48,164 nt of DNA from Patescibacteria group bacterium (GTDB lineage Bacteria > Patescibacteriota > Microgenomatia > Levybacterales > UBA12049), in NCBI GenBank assembly GCA_038064195.1, contig JBBTTO010000003.1, positions 244,428-292,591 of the forward strand. The letters run 5' to 3'. The translations under genes were made by a program, and so were the position numbers. This document shows positions 38,001 through 48,164 of the stretch, in pieces; position 1 is the stretch's first letter; the number at the start of each line of letters is the position of its first letter. The notes beneath the pieces are model-generated. The model searched no databases and was not told the origin of the DNA. It was given only the letters and a program-made list of their open reading frames with translations.

Positions 38001-38355
38001 TTTTGACCGGTGTCCCCAGGACTTGAACCTGATGTTTTTTCAGAATGCCCTTTTCGGAAAGTGCCAAACCGCAGTTCAAGGCTGTCTGCCCGCCGAATGA
38101 GAGGCAGATGCCGTCAGGTTTTTCTTTCTCAATAATTTTTGTTACAAAGAATTCATTGACCGGTAAAAAATAGACACGGTCGGCAAGAAATGATGATGTC
38201 TGGATAGTGGCTATATTAGGATTGACGAGGATAATTTCCAGGCCTTCCTCCTTCAACGCCTTGATAGCTTGTGAGCCGGAGTAATCAAACTCCCCCGCCT
38301 CCCCTATTTTGAGCGCGCCTGATCCGAGGACGAGAACCTTCTTTAATTTTTCCAT
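35077..38355 (-). CDS. carB: Carbamoyl-phosphate synthase large subunit
   Basis: GEFDYSGSQA, two ATP-grasp halves, NPETVSTDYD and C-terminal MGS domain. Confidence 0.96.
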   Translation of the reverse strand: MEKLKKVLVLGSGALKIGEAGEFDYSGSQAIKALKEEGLEIILVNPNIATIQTSSFLADRVYFLPVNEFFVTKIIEKEKPDGICLSFGGQTALNCGLALSEKGILKKHQVQVLGTPVKTIELTEDRQAFAKHLRKIDVKTPISKVARTTEQAVTTARQLGYPVMLRSGFSLGGQGSGIASNEKELKAITDQAFSFVKQILVEKYLHHYKEVEYEVVRDKFDNCIAVCNMENMDPLGIHTGESIVIAPSQTLTNFEYHTLRSIAIKIVRSLGVIGECNVQFALNPHPEGANGTKETKEGKAFGTSGSSDPYVPFDYYVIEMNARLSRSSALASKATGYPLAYVAAKLALGKNLTELTNKVTQTTQFCFEPALDYLTVKIPRWDINKFKLAEDTIGSSMKSVGEVMGIGRTFEEAYQKAIRMLDLDFEGAINNKLFEHTTREQLKDTLRKPTPNRMFALAEAFLIEMTVEEIYTLTGIDPWFLFRIKNIVDCEKSLKMGGRLSKKKVQKLKEIGLSDKRIGMLVGKTGLEIRTLRKRLVVLPSVFQIDTLAGEFPAKTNYLYLTYNGSHHDIAPLGKKGVIVLGSGPYRIGSSVEFDWTSVSTVRRMKEHGKESIVINCNPETVSTDYDISDRLYFEELTFERIADIYDFEQSFGIIISVGGQTPNNRAKALKAYGAPLLGTDPDNIDRAENRTRFSALLDELDIRQPAWNNLTTSENASKFAKKVGFPVLIRPSYVLSGQSMKICHSELELIDFLREVASISREYPVTISKFIEGAEEIEVDCVASQGEVKALIVSEHIEHAGVHSGDATVALPPQRLYVETIRKIRKMTKDIARALTITGPFNIQCLAKQNEIAIIEINLRSSRTFPFTSKVIGYNLIDMATDAFFNRPVKAINSNVLDLDFVAVKAAQFSFARLTGADPILGVEMASTGEVACFGDDIEEAFLKAELSVGVKIPEKGIFLSVGGDINKYRFLESAISYLFEVDLPIFATEKTAKLLRKYGLRAKRVYKLYEKKTPNVIDFFKSGKIDLVINIPDLDLKKDINDGYKIRRAAIDNNIAVFTNQQKSVLFLKALSEKKLDDLPIKAWDEYRVA
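37418..37497. repeat. Inverted 9-mer array (consensus AAGGGACAA) inserted in frame in carB
   Basis: aaagggaca-taggggtca-gaagagccg-gaagtacca versus ttccctcct-ttgtctctt-ttgtcccat-ttgcccctt. Confidence 0.7.
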
Positions 38356-38359
38356 ATGA

Positions 38360-38441
38360 ATGATTTATACGGATTTGATTACGGATTTACGCTGATTTTT
38401 ATAAATGTCTGTGATAATCAGTTTTTAATCGGTGTTAATCC
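38360..38441. repeat. Family D imperfect inverted repeat between carA and carB
   Basis: ACGGATTT units versus AATCAGT/AATCGGTG units; overlaps the last carA codons. Confidence 0.55.
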
Positions 38442-39513
38442 TTTCCAAAAAATAATCAAAAAGCCACTCGGTGTCAAAAGGCCCCGGTGTTGCCTCGGGG
38501 TGGAACTGCACAGACATAAAAGGAAGCTTAGTATGGATTATTCCTTCGTTGGTTTGATCGTTGGCGTTGGTAAACCAGGCTTTAAAATCTTTCGGTATAC
38601 CACTTACGGCAAAGCCGTGATTTTGGGTTGTGATATAGCACTTTGGTGATCCTTCCATGATGCAGGGCTGGTTCTGACTCCGGTGTCCGTATTTAAGCTT
38701 TTTTATGCTGCCTCCCGCGGCTAGAGTCAGGAGTTGGTGCCCGAGGCAAATACCGAGTGTCGGAATTTTATTTTCCATGGCTTTTTTGACAGTCGTGATT
38801 GTTTGTAAGACAAAAGTCGGATCCCCCGGACCGTTGGAGATCAAAATACAGTCAAAAAGCTTTGGTTTTCCCACCAGTTCATTTAATCTCTTTTGCCCTT
38901 CCCTGCTAAACGGATCAAAATCCCACGGCACGACGATCACCGACACATTTCTTTTCAGCAGTGATTTAACAATATTGCGTTTGGCCCCACAGTCAATCAG
39001 CAAAACTATGGGTGCGTTCCTTTTCCCTGATTCATGGTAGACTATCTTTTCGGTTGAGACTTGCGCCACGAGGTTTTCCCGATTCGGATCATAGTACGTG
39101 ATATCTTTGGAGATTATAATTTTTCCAAGGAGAGCCCCGTTATCACGGATATGTTGAGTTAGTTTGCGGGTATCTTTTATTTGAATAAGGGGGATTTTTT
39201 CAGCCCTGAACCATGAAGCTAGAGTCTGTTTGCATTGAAAATGTGAAGGAGTATCGATGTAGTTACTGACGATAAGGCCTGAAACCATGAGTCTGTCAGC
39301 CTCCCACAATGTCCTGTCCGGGACACCGTAGTTACCGATGATCGGGTAGGTCAATGTCAAAATCTGTCCTTTGAAGGAGGGATCAGTCAGTCCTTCGGGA
39401 TAGCCAAGCATACCGGTTGAAAAAACTACTTCTCCGCTTGCTGATTGAGCCGCTCCGAAGCTTTCAGCTTCCCATGTCGTTCCATCCTGCAAATCAAGTC
39501 GTGCTTTCGTCAT
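38425..39513 (-). CDS. carA: Carbamoyl-phosphate synthase small subunit
   Basis: GEVVFSTGM.GY, SNGPGDP, GICLGHQ and VQFHPE. Confidence 0.96.
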   Translation of the reverse strand: MTKARLDLQDGTTWEAESFGAAQSASGEVVFSTGMLGYPEGLTDPSFKGQILTLTYPIIGNYGVPDRTLWEADRLMVSGLIVSNYIDTPSHFQCKQTLASWFRAEKIPLIQIKDTRKLTQHIRDNGALLGKIIISKDITYYDPNRENLVAQVSTEKIVYHESGKRNAPIVLLIDCGAKRNIVKSLLKRNVSVIVVPWDFDPFSREGQKRLNELVGKPKLFDCILISNGPGDPTFVLQTITTVKKAMENKIPTLGICLGHQLLTLAAGGSIKKLKYGHRSQNQPCIMEGSPKCYITTQNHGFAVSGIPKDFKAWFTNANDQTNEGIIHTKLPFMSVQFHPEATPGPFDTEWLFDYFLERINTD

Positions 39514-39549
39514 AGATTCAAAATCAGGACTGGTATTAGTACTGAGCTG

Positions 39550-40524
39550 TTAGCCTATTTTGCCAAGGACCAGGCTGACTAGTGCCATGCGGAGATACAT
39601 GCCGTTTCGTACTTGTGACCTGAGATAGACAGCGCGTGGATCTGTGTCCACACTGATTGCTATCTCCCCAACACGTGGGAGCGGGTGCATGATGATCATA
39701 TCTTTTTTGGCATAGTGCTTGAGAAGCTGTGGGGTAATTGTCAGCGCGTTTTTGACTTTTTCATACTCAGTGAGGTCGCTAAAACGTTCTTTTTGAATCC
39801 TTGTCCAGTACCAGACATCAGCTGTTTTAGGAATTGCCTTCTCAGAGGAGATTTCGATCAGCTTGAGCCCTTTTTTCTTAAAGTTTTCCAGTTGCTCATG
39901 CTTTAATTTCAAACTTGTCGGGGAGAGCAGGTAAATTGTATTTCCCGGGAAAAGGGATAGTCCGCGAAGGAGTGAATGAATCGTCCTGCCGTTAAGCAGA
40001 TCCCCTGAAAAAAGACAGGTCAAATGATCAAGACGTCCGAATTTCTCATAGATTGTATAAAGATCCAGGAGTGCCTGGGTCGGGTGCTCCCCTATCCCGT
40101 CCCCTGCGTTAATAATAGGCACAAAAAAAGCCGCTTTGGCGGCGGCTTTGGCGGCACCTGTTACCGGGTGGCGCATGACGATGAGATCTGAATATGCCTC
40201 AAATACACGGATGGTATCTTTAAGTGTCTCACCTTTGGCAACCGATGAATTTTGCCCCGGATTTTGAATATCAATTGTATCGCCTCCGAGTCTTTTGATA
40301 GCCGCCGTGAATGAGCCGAAAGTACGACTGGATGGCTCATAAAAAAGCAGGGTGGTGATAGTTCCTTTTAAGAGATCAAGCGGCTGGGAATGCTGTGCAA
40401 AATACCTCATTTGTTGGGTAATTGAGAAGAGCTTGAAGAGGGAATCAATATCAAATTGATCAAGGGATAGAATATCCTGTCTTACGAAGTGTTGTTGTAA
40501 TGTTGAAGATTTGGGCTTGGGCAT
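39550..40524 (-). CDS. pyrB: Aspartate carbamoyltransferase catalytic subunit
   Basis: FYEPSSRT, NAGDG..EHPTQALLD, TRIQKER and MHPLPR. Confidence 0.96.
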   Translation of the reverse strand: MPKPKSSTLQQHFVRQDILSLDQFDIDSLFKLFSITQQMRYFAQHSQPLDLLKGTITTLLFYEPSSRTFGSFTAAIKRLGGDTIDIQNPGQNSSVAKGETLKDTIRVFEAYSDLIVMRHPVTGAAKAAAKAAFFVPIINAGDGIGEHPTQALLDLYTIYEKFGRLDHLTCLFSGDLLNGRTIHSLLRGLSLFPGNTIYLLSPTSLKLKHEQLENFKKKGLKLIEISSEKAIPKTADVWYWTRIQKERFSDLTEYEKVKNALTITPQLLKHYAKKDMIIMHPLPRVGEIAISVDTDPRAVYLRSQVRNGMYLRMALVSLVLGKIG

Positions 40525-40591
40525 AAAAAAACCAGGTCTTACAAAAGGGCTCCTGGGAAATTAGTCTAGTCAGTTTTGCTATGACTGTCAA
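40525..40591 (-). promoter_or_regulatory. pyr operon promoter plus short leader with a terminator-like hairpin
   Basis: TTGACA-17-TAGACT, then CCAGG...CCTGG-T7-ATG. Confidence 0.6.
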
Positions 40592-40598
40592 GAGGCTT

Positions 40599-41441
40599 TT
40601 AGATTGCCTCGGCAGCTTTTACCAGATTTGTCAAAAGCATCGCGACATTGACAGGACCCACCCCTCCCGGGACAGGGGTATAGTAGTTTGTTCTACCTGC
40701 CACTTCATCATCGTCGTAGTCATTGTGCATCTTGCCATCTTCTCCCCGGAAGATTCCGACGCCAATCAAGATTGCTCCATCCTTGATCATACTTGATGTA
40801 ATAATACCCGGTTTGCCTACTGCGCTGATGACAATATCTGCCTCCGTCAGGAGGTGATCTTTATCCTCTGTTTTACTGTCGATTACAGTCAGCGGAACTT
40901 TTTCTTTAGCAAAGAGTTTGATGATCGGATGTCCGGCTGTTTGGCCTTTACCTAAAATTACGATTTTTTTCGTTTGCAGCCAGTCGGAGAGTGTACGTCC
41001 CTGTTCGCCTTCCTGTTGTTGAACATCTTTGAGGATTCGCCAGACAGCGAGCGCGATGGGCGGATCAAAGGGTGAATCACTGCGGAAGCCGTCGATATCT
41101 TTACTGGCTAGGGTGCTGTTTGTGACCTTGTCTTCATCAATGTGAGGTGGCAAAGGGCGCTGGACGATCACGCCATGGACGATTTCATCGTTGTTGAGAG
41201 TGTCAATAAGAGTCAGAAGCTCATCTTCACTAAAACTTTTTTTAAATCGGTGAATGGTAATTGCCGCGCCGATTTGTTGGACTTTTAGTTCTTTTTGTCT
41301 GACGTAGGCTTTGGAGGATTCATCATCTCCTACGAGAATGACGGCCAGATGAGGAGTTACCCCGTCGCTCCGAAGTTCGGTGACTTTTTTAGTCAGATTA
41401 TCGAGGATATGTTGTGCTATGGCCTTACCGTCAATCCGCAT
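40599..41441 (-). CDS. folD: Bifunctional methylenetetrahydrofolate dehydrogenase/cyclohydrolase
   Basis: IDGKAIA, YVRQK, VQRPLP, KDIDG and TPVPGGVGP. Confidence 0.92.
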   Translation of the reverse strand: MRIDGKAIAQHILDNLTKKVTELRSDGVTPHLAVILVGDDESSKAYVRQKELKVQQIGAAITIHRFKKSFSEDELLTLIDTLNNDEIVHGVIVQRPLPPHIDEDKVTNSTLASKDIDGFRSDSPFDPPIALAVWRILKDVQQQEGEQGRTLSDWLQTKKIVILGKGQTAGHPIIKLFAKEKVPLTVIDSKTEDKDHLLTEADIVISAVGKPGIITSSMIKDGAILIGVGIFRGEDGKMHNDYDDDEVAGRTNYYTPVPGGVGPVNVAMLLTNLVKAAEAI

Positions 41442-41488
41442 TACTCTTATAGTATAGAGTAATTGCGGCTAATTTACAGGGAGGGAAA

Positions 41489-42139
41489 TTATTTTCTTTT
41501 TATAGAGGTAACTTTACGTATTAGAGTATCACCATAGGGCATGCGTCTAATTTGACGAATACCAAATTCAAGCCCATAATTTTTGATAGTTGTTACGACA
41601 GGTCGGGAGGTATCGTAACCGTAATGTTTTAGAACGTCCTCGGAGGCAACTGCTTCATCAATGTGAATACCCTGTTCTTCAAATAAAGCTACGGCTCGTG
41701 GAAGATGATGTTTGACGGTGACGAGTCTTGTTGTACCTTCGAAATTACGGTTATTCAGCATCTGACCAACCTCTTTTGCGTTACCCTCTGTATCAATTGA
41801 AATTACTTCCTTATTACGTGCAGCTTGAGGAACTTCTTCTTCAGTGAATATACTACCGATCGTCAAATCCATTGCCTCGGCTTCAGCCGGATAATTTTCT
41901 TTTGTGACTCCTGTAGAACTCAATAGTTCGTCTGTTAGCCCTTCAACATAGAGATGTCCCCCCGCAATTGCAGTCATCGCTGAATCACGGCTCAGAAAGA
42001 CCTCCGTCTCTTCAGTTAGCTCAGGAATATCTTTCTTATTATCCCAGTTTTTCCCTAGGAGAATAGTAAGATCAACCTTTTGATAAGGAAGTTTTACTTC
42101 ATGTGCTTCGGGAGGTGTAGGCGTACCAAACTCTGACAT
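41489..42139 (-). CDS. DUF218 (YdcF/ElyC)-like protein
   Basis: ILLG, EAEAM, SIDTEGNA and LVT..HHLPRA..LF pattern. Confidence 0.65.
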   Translation of the reverse strand: MSEFGTPTPPEAHEVKLPYQKVDLTILLGKNWDNKKDIPELTEETEVFLSRDSAMTAIAGGHLYVEGLTDELLSSTGVTKENYPAEAEAMDLTIGSIFTEEEVPQAARNKEVISIDTEGNAKEVGQMLNNRNFEGTTRLVTVKHHLPRAVALFEEQGIHIDEAVASEDVLKHYGYDTSRPVVTTIKNYGLEFGIRQIRRMPYGDTLIRKVTSIKRK

Positions 42140-42176
42140 GGATATATTATAGGCTTAATCGATGAATAAAGCAACT

Positions 42177-44702
42177 TTAGGCTTTTTCGATGCAAGTGGC
42201 GGCAGAGACACGATCTGCGGCATTTGAGAAGCGCATCAGGATGACTCCCTGGGTATCACGATGCAGGCGTGGGATCGAGGTTATTTCAAGCTTAACTACC
42301 TGCCCCCGCTTGCTGGTGATGATAAGTTCTTCACTATTTGTAGGGATGATTTGTGAGACTGCCACCTCACCCGTTTTGTCACTTACCTTGGCGACTTTAA
42401 CACCCTGCCCTCCCCTTTCCTGCTTGGGGAATTGTGAGACGACGGTTTTTTTCCCAAGACCATTCTCCATGATTGTCAGCAATTCGGAGTTGGCATCTGT
42501 TTTATCAAGGACGTCCATACTGATGACTTTATCAGTTGGCGCCAGCTTAATACCGCGAACACCAATAGTACCCCTTCCCAGTGGCCTTACTGACTTTTCT
42601 GAGAAATGAATTGCCTTCCCCTCTCTCGTCACGATGAGGATCTCATCCTCGCCGGTTGAAATACTGCTCCAGACCAATTCGTCTCCGGGATCGAGCTTGA
42701 TCGCGATCATGCCGTTACGCCTGATGTTCTCAAATTCTGTGATATTGGTTTTTTTGACTGTTCCTTTTCTGGTGGTAAGGAAGATATAACCCTTTTTCAG
42801 ATCTTTATTAAGGATGATAAATGATTCGACCTTTTCCCCCTGTTCGATATTAAGGAGGTTGACGATAGCCGTTCCCTTGCTGACTCTGCTGCTCTCATCG
42901 ATTTCGTAGGCACGGAGCTGATATGCCTTACCTTTATTGGTAAAGAAAATGATATTGTCATGCGTCATGGCTGATTTGATATGCGTGATAGTATCTTCTT
43001 CTTTTGTCGTCATGCCCCGAACCCCCTTACCTCCCCTGTTTTGTAACTGAAAGCTGTTCATTGATTGACGCTTGATATAGCCTGTTTGAGTCAGCGTGAT
43101 GACGGTTGCTTCGTTGGGGATGAGATCTTCCTCTGAGAATTCGTCAACTTTGCCCTTAAATACTTTGGTGCGACGGGGGTCAGCGTATTTTTGTTTGAGA
43201 TTTGTCAACTCATCACTGATGACGCTGAGAATTTTTTCAGGATGGCTTAACAGATCCTGTAAGTAGACAATGGTTTCTTTCACCATAGTTAACTCGTCTT
43301 CAATCTTCTGCCTTTCAAGCGCTGCTAATCGGCGTAACTGCATATCAAGGATAGCTGTTGCCTGAATCTCGGATAACTTGAATTTTTCCATCAAATTTTT
43401 CTTTGCTTCATCCTGATCTTTGGAGGCACGAATTGTCTGGATGACGGCATCGATATGATCAACTGCTATTTTTAAGCCTTCCAAAATATGCAGACGAGCC
43501 TGTGCCTGTCGTAACTCAAACTCAGACCGGCGTCTGATGACTGAATAGCGGTGTTTGAGGTATTCCTCGAGGATGAGTTTGAGATTGAGTGTCTGTGGAG
43601 TGCCATTGACGAGTGCCACCATGTTGACCGGAAAACTGGTCTGAAGTGAAGTGTGTTTGAAAAGGTTATTCAGGACCTTCTTAGGGGATGCGTCACGTTT
43701 TAATTCCACGACTACTCGTAGTCCTCTTCTGTCGGATTCATCACGAAGGTCAGTTATGCCTTCAATCTTTTTTTCCTTAGCCAGATCGGCAATCCGGGTC
43801 ACAAGGAGTGCTTTATTGACCTGATACGGGAGTTCGGTGATGATGATTGCTGATTTGCCCTGGCCTATTTCCTCAATTTCAGCTTTGCCTCGGATGATGA
43901 TTTTACCCCGTCCTGTGATATAGGCATTTTTAATTTCTGTCTGGTCGTAAATAACACCATAGGTCGGGAAATCCGGTCCTTTGACGAACTGGATCAGCTC
44001 ATCAATAGTCACATCACTATGGAGGGCTACAGCATCTTTTGGAGGTGTTGCTGCCCGTCCTTCAACTGCTAAAGCGGCTACTGGAGGTTTGTTGAAAGTT
44101 GTTTTTCCAATCAGGAAATGGATTGCATCGATGACCTCTCCTAAGTTATGCGGAGGTATTTTGGTAGCCATTCCGACAGCAATTCCCTCACTCCCCATGA
44201 GGAGAAGATTCGGCAGACGGGATGGTAAGAAGGCCGGTTCATCAAAACTACCGTCGTAGTTAGGGGTAAAGTCGACTGTTTCTTTGTCGATATCATAGAG
44301 CATCTCCATGGATATTGCCTGGAGTTTGGCCTCAGTATAACGATCAGCTGCTGGAGGATCTCCGTCAATTGAACCGAAATTTCCCTGGCCTAAGATAAGG
44401 GGGTAACGCATTGAGAAATCCTGCGCAAGGCGGACAAGCGCGTCATAAATTGCTAAATTACCGTGGGGGTGATATTTACCCATGACTTCTCCGACAATAC
44501 GAGCTGACTTGAGGAACTTGGCTGTGGGCCCGAGTCCCATCTCATGCATCGCGAAAAGGATGCGGCGGTGAACCGGCTTGAGCCCGTCACGGACATCAGG
44601 CAGCGCGCGTGCCACAATAACAGACATCGCGTAGTTGAGATACGATTTCTTCATCTCTGCCGAGATGTCGACTGGTTGTAATTTTCCGATATTCTGACTC
44701 AT
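42177..44702 (-). CDS. gyrA: DNA gyrase subunit A
   Basis: [21 protein letters not shown], catalytic RYTE, GyrA-box QNRGGKG and beta-pinwheel CTD. Confidence 0.97.
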   Translation of the reverse strand: MSQNIGKLQPVDISAEMKKSYLNYAMSVIVARALPDVRDGLKPVHRRILFAMHEMGLGPTAKFLKSARIVGEVMGKYHPHGNLAIYDALVRLAQDFSMRYPLILGQGNFGSIDGDPPAADRYTEAKLQAISMEMLYDIDKETVDFTPNYDGSFDEPAFLPSRLPNLLLMGSEGIAVGMATKIPPHNLGEVIDAIHFLIGKTTFNKPPVAALAVEGRAATPPKDAVALHSDVTIDELIQFVKGPDFPTYGVIYDQTEIKNAYITGRGKIIIRGKAEIEEIGQGKSAIIITELPYQVNKALLVTRIADLAKEKKIEGITDLRDESDRRGLRVVVELKRDASPKKVLNNLFKHTSLQTSFPVNMVALVNGTPQTLNLKLILEEYLKHRYSVIRRRSEFELRQAQARLHILEGLKIAVDHIDAVIQTIRASKDQDEAKKNLMEKFKLSEIQATAILDMQLRRLAALERQKIEDELTMVKETIVYLQDLLSHPEKILSVISDELTNLKQKYADPRRTKVFKGKVDEFSEEDLIPNEATVITLTQTGYIKRQSMNSFQLQNRGGKGVRGMTTKEEDTITHIKSAMTHDNIIFFTNKGKAYQLRAYEIDESSRVSKGTAIVNLLNIEQGEKVESFIILNKDLKKGYIFLTTRKGTVKKTNITEFENIRRNGMIAIKLDPGDELVWSSISTGEDEILIVTREGKAIHFSEKSVRPLGRGTIGVRGIKLAPTDKVISMDVLDKTDANSELLTIMENGLGKKTVVSQFPKQERGGQGVKVAKVSDKTGEVAVSQIIPTNSEELIITSKRGQVVKLEITSIPRLHRDTQGVILMRFSNAADRVSAATCIEKA

Positions 44703-44717
44703 AATTTCTCCCTAATG

Positions 44718-44805
44718 TATTCGAATTGTTAGTCCTAATTCACCCGAATAAAAAGAAATCCCTATTCGGAGTTATTCGGACTAAGCATTCGCATGCATTC
44801 GCGAT
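44718..44805. repeat. Imperfect inverted repeat with CGAAT/ATTCG units (family E)
   Basis: ttcgaat...ccgaat ... attcgg-attcgg-attcgc-attcgc between ppa and gyrA. Confidence 0.55.
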
Positions 44806-45320
44806 TATTTGAGAGACTTTTTAACAGCTTCAAGCGCAGTTGCTTTATTTTTCCATTCCTTAAGCTTGACCCATTTCCCCGGTTCCAGACTCTTATAGTT
44901 CTCGTAAAAATGCTTCATTTTGTTTTTGGTCGCTTCGGGAACATCATCGATGTCCTGTAGTACACCAAAAAGCGGATCAATCTTGGCAGTAGGTACTGCC
45001 AGGATTTTCGTGTCAATACCTGCTTCATCCTCCATCTCAAGCATCCCGATCACAACTGAGGGAATCACTGTCCCCGGTGCAACTGAGTACTCGGAGAGTA
45101 CCATCACATCAAGCGGGTCGCCATCCTCAGCTAAAGTATTTGGTACAAAGCCATAATTGGTCGGAAAGCGCATGGCTGTATGCAGGAAGCGATCGACCAT
45201 GATCACACCTGAGTCTTTGTCCAGCTCATATTTAATCGGACTGTCTTTAGGGATCTCGATCAGAACGTTGATCTGTCCGGATGCTACGTCTTTCCCCGAT
45301 GATAATTTCGTTATGTTCAT
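44805..45320 (-). CDS. ppa: Inorganic pyrophosphatase, family I
   Basis: IEIP, KYELDK, NYGFVPNTL.EDGDPLDV and YKSLE; SD GGGAGGTGA. Confidence 0.96.
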   Translation of the reverse strand: MNITKLSSGKDVASGQINVLIEIPKDSPIKYELDKDSGVIMVDRFLHTAMRFPTNYGFVPNTLAEDGDPLDVMVLSEYSVAPGTVIPSVVIGMLEMEDEAGIDTKILAVPTAKIDPLFGVLQDIDDVPEATKNKMKHFYENYKSLEPGKWVKLKEWKNKATALEAVKKSLK

Positions 45321-45342
45321 ATATTTTTCACCTCCCTAAAAC

Positions 45343-45410
45343 TTAGTATTAAGTAGAATGTATAAAGTATTATGTATAAAATTTCTCCTTATTTCCTTAA
45401 TACCTAATAC

Positions 45411-45413
<3 letters not shown>
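45343..45413. repeat. Inverted heptamer array (AGTAT/ATACT family) between gyrB and ppa
   Basis: ttagtat-taagtag...aaagtat-tatgtat ... taatacc-taatact; resembles 5365-5432. Confidence 0.55.
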
Positions 45414-48087
<2,674 letters not shown>

Positions 48088-48109
48088 CGGGGTTATTATA
48101 TATAATGTT

Positions 48110-48164
48110 CCTGCTACCTGCTACCTGCTACCTGCTACCTGCTACCTGCTACCTGCTACCTGCT
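48110..48164. repeat. Perfect heptamer tandem repeat (CCTGCTA)n, at least 7.9 copies, running off the window end
   Basis: Read directly from the sequence. Confidence 0.95.

Overview
Chromosomal segment that looks like a Patescibacteria/CPR (Microgenomates-like) bacterium. This is inferred from gene content, short divergent core proteins, MGRG-type EF-P and orphan genes; genetic code 11 fits. It is mostly housekeeping: ctpA/htrA proteases, prfA, rpmE, hisS, dnaB, efp, yebC, a xer recombinase, pyrB-carA-carB-pyrC, folD, gyrB-ppa-gyrA, holB and tRNA-Leu(CAA). Highlights: (1) a complete T-box riboswitch with an ultrashort Stem I and a His (CAC) specifier, coupled to an intrinsic terminator that also hides the SD, upstream of an M20 hydrolase-GNAT-hisS operon; (2) several families of short palindromic repeats that occur intergenically and also as in-frame insertions in RF1, a DnaQ/GIY-YIG nuclease, CarB and probably GyrA; (3) an unfused pyrimidine operon with CAD-like enzymes and a candidate nucleotide-sensing leader; (4) a 1.1-kb palindrome-rich ORF-free region at an apparent GC-skew and gene-orientation switch near xer (putative terminus); (5) a structured, pseudoknotted leader upstream of a cupredoxin; (6) frequent leaderless-type promoters. 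All calls were made by eye, with no database searches or folding software.
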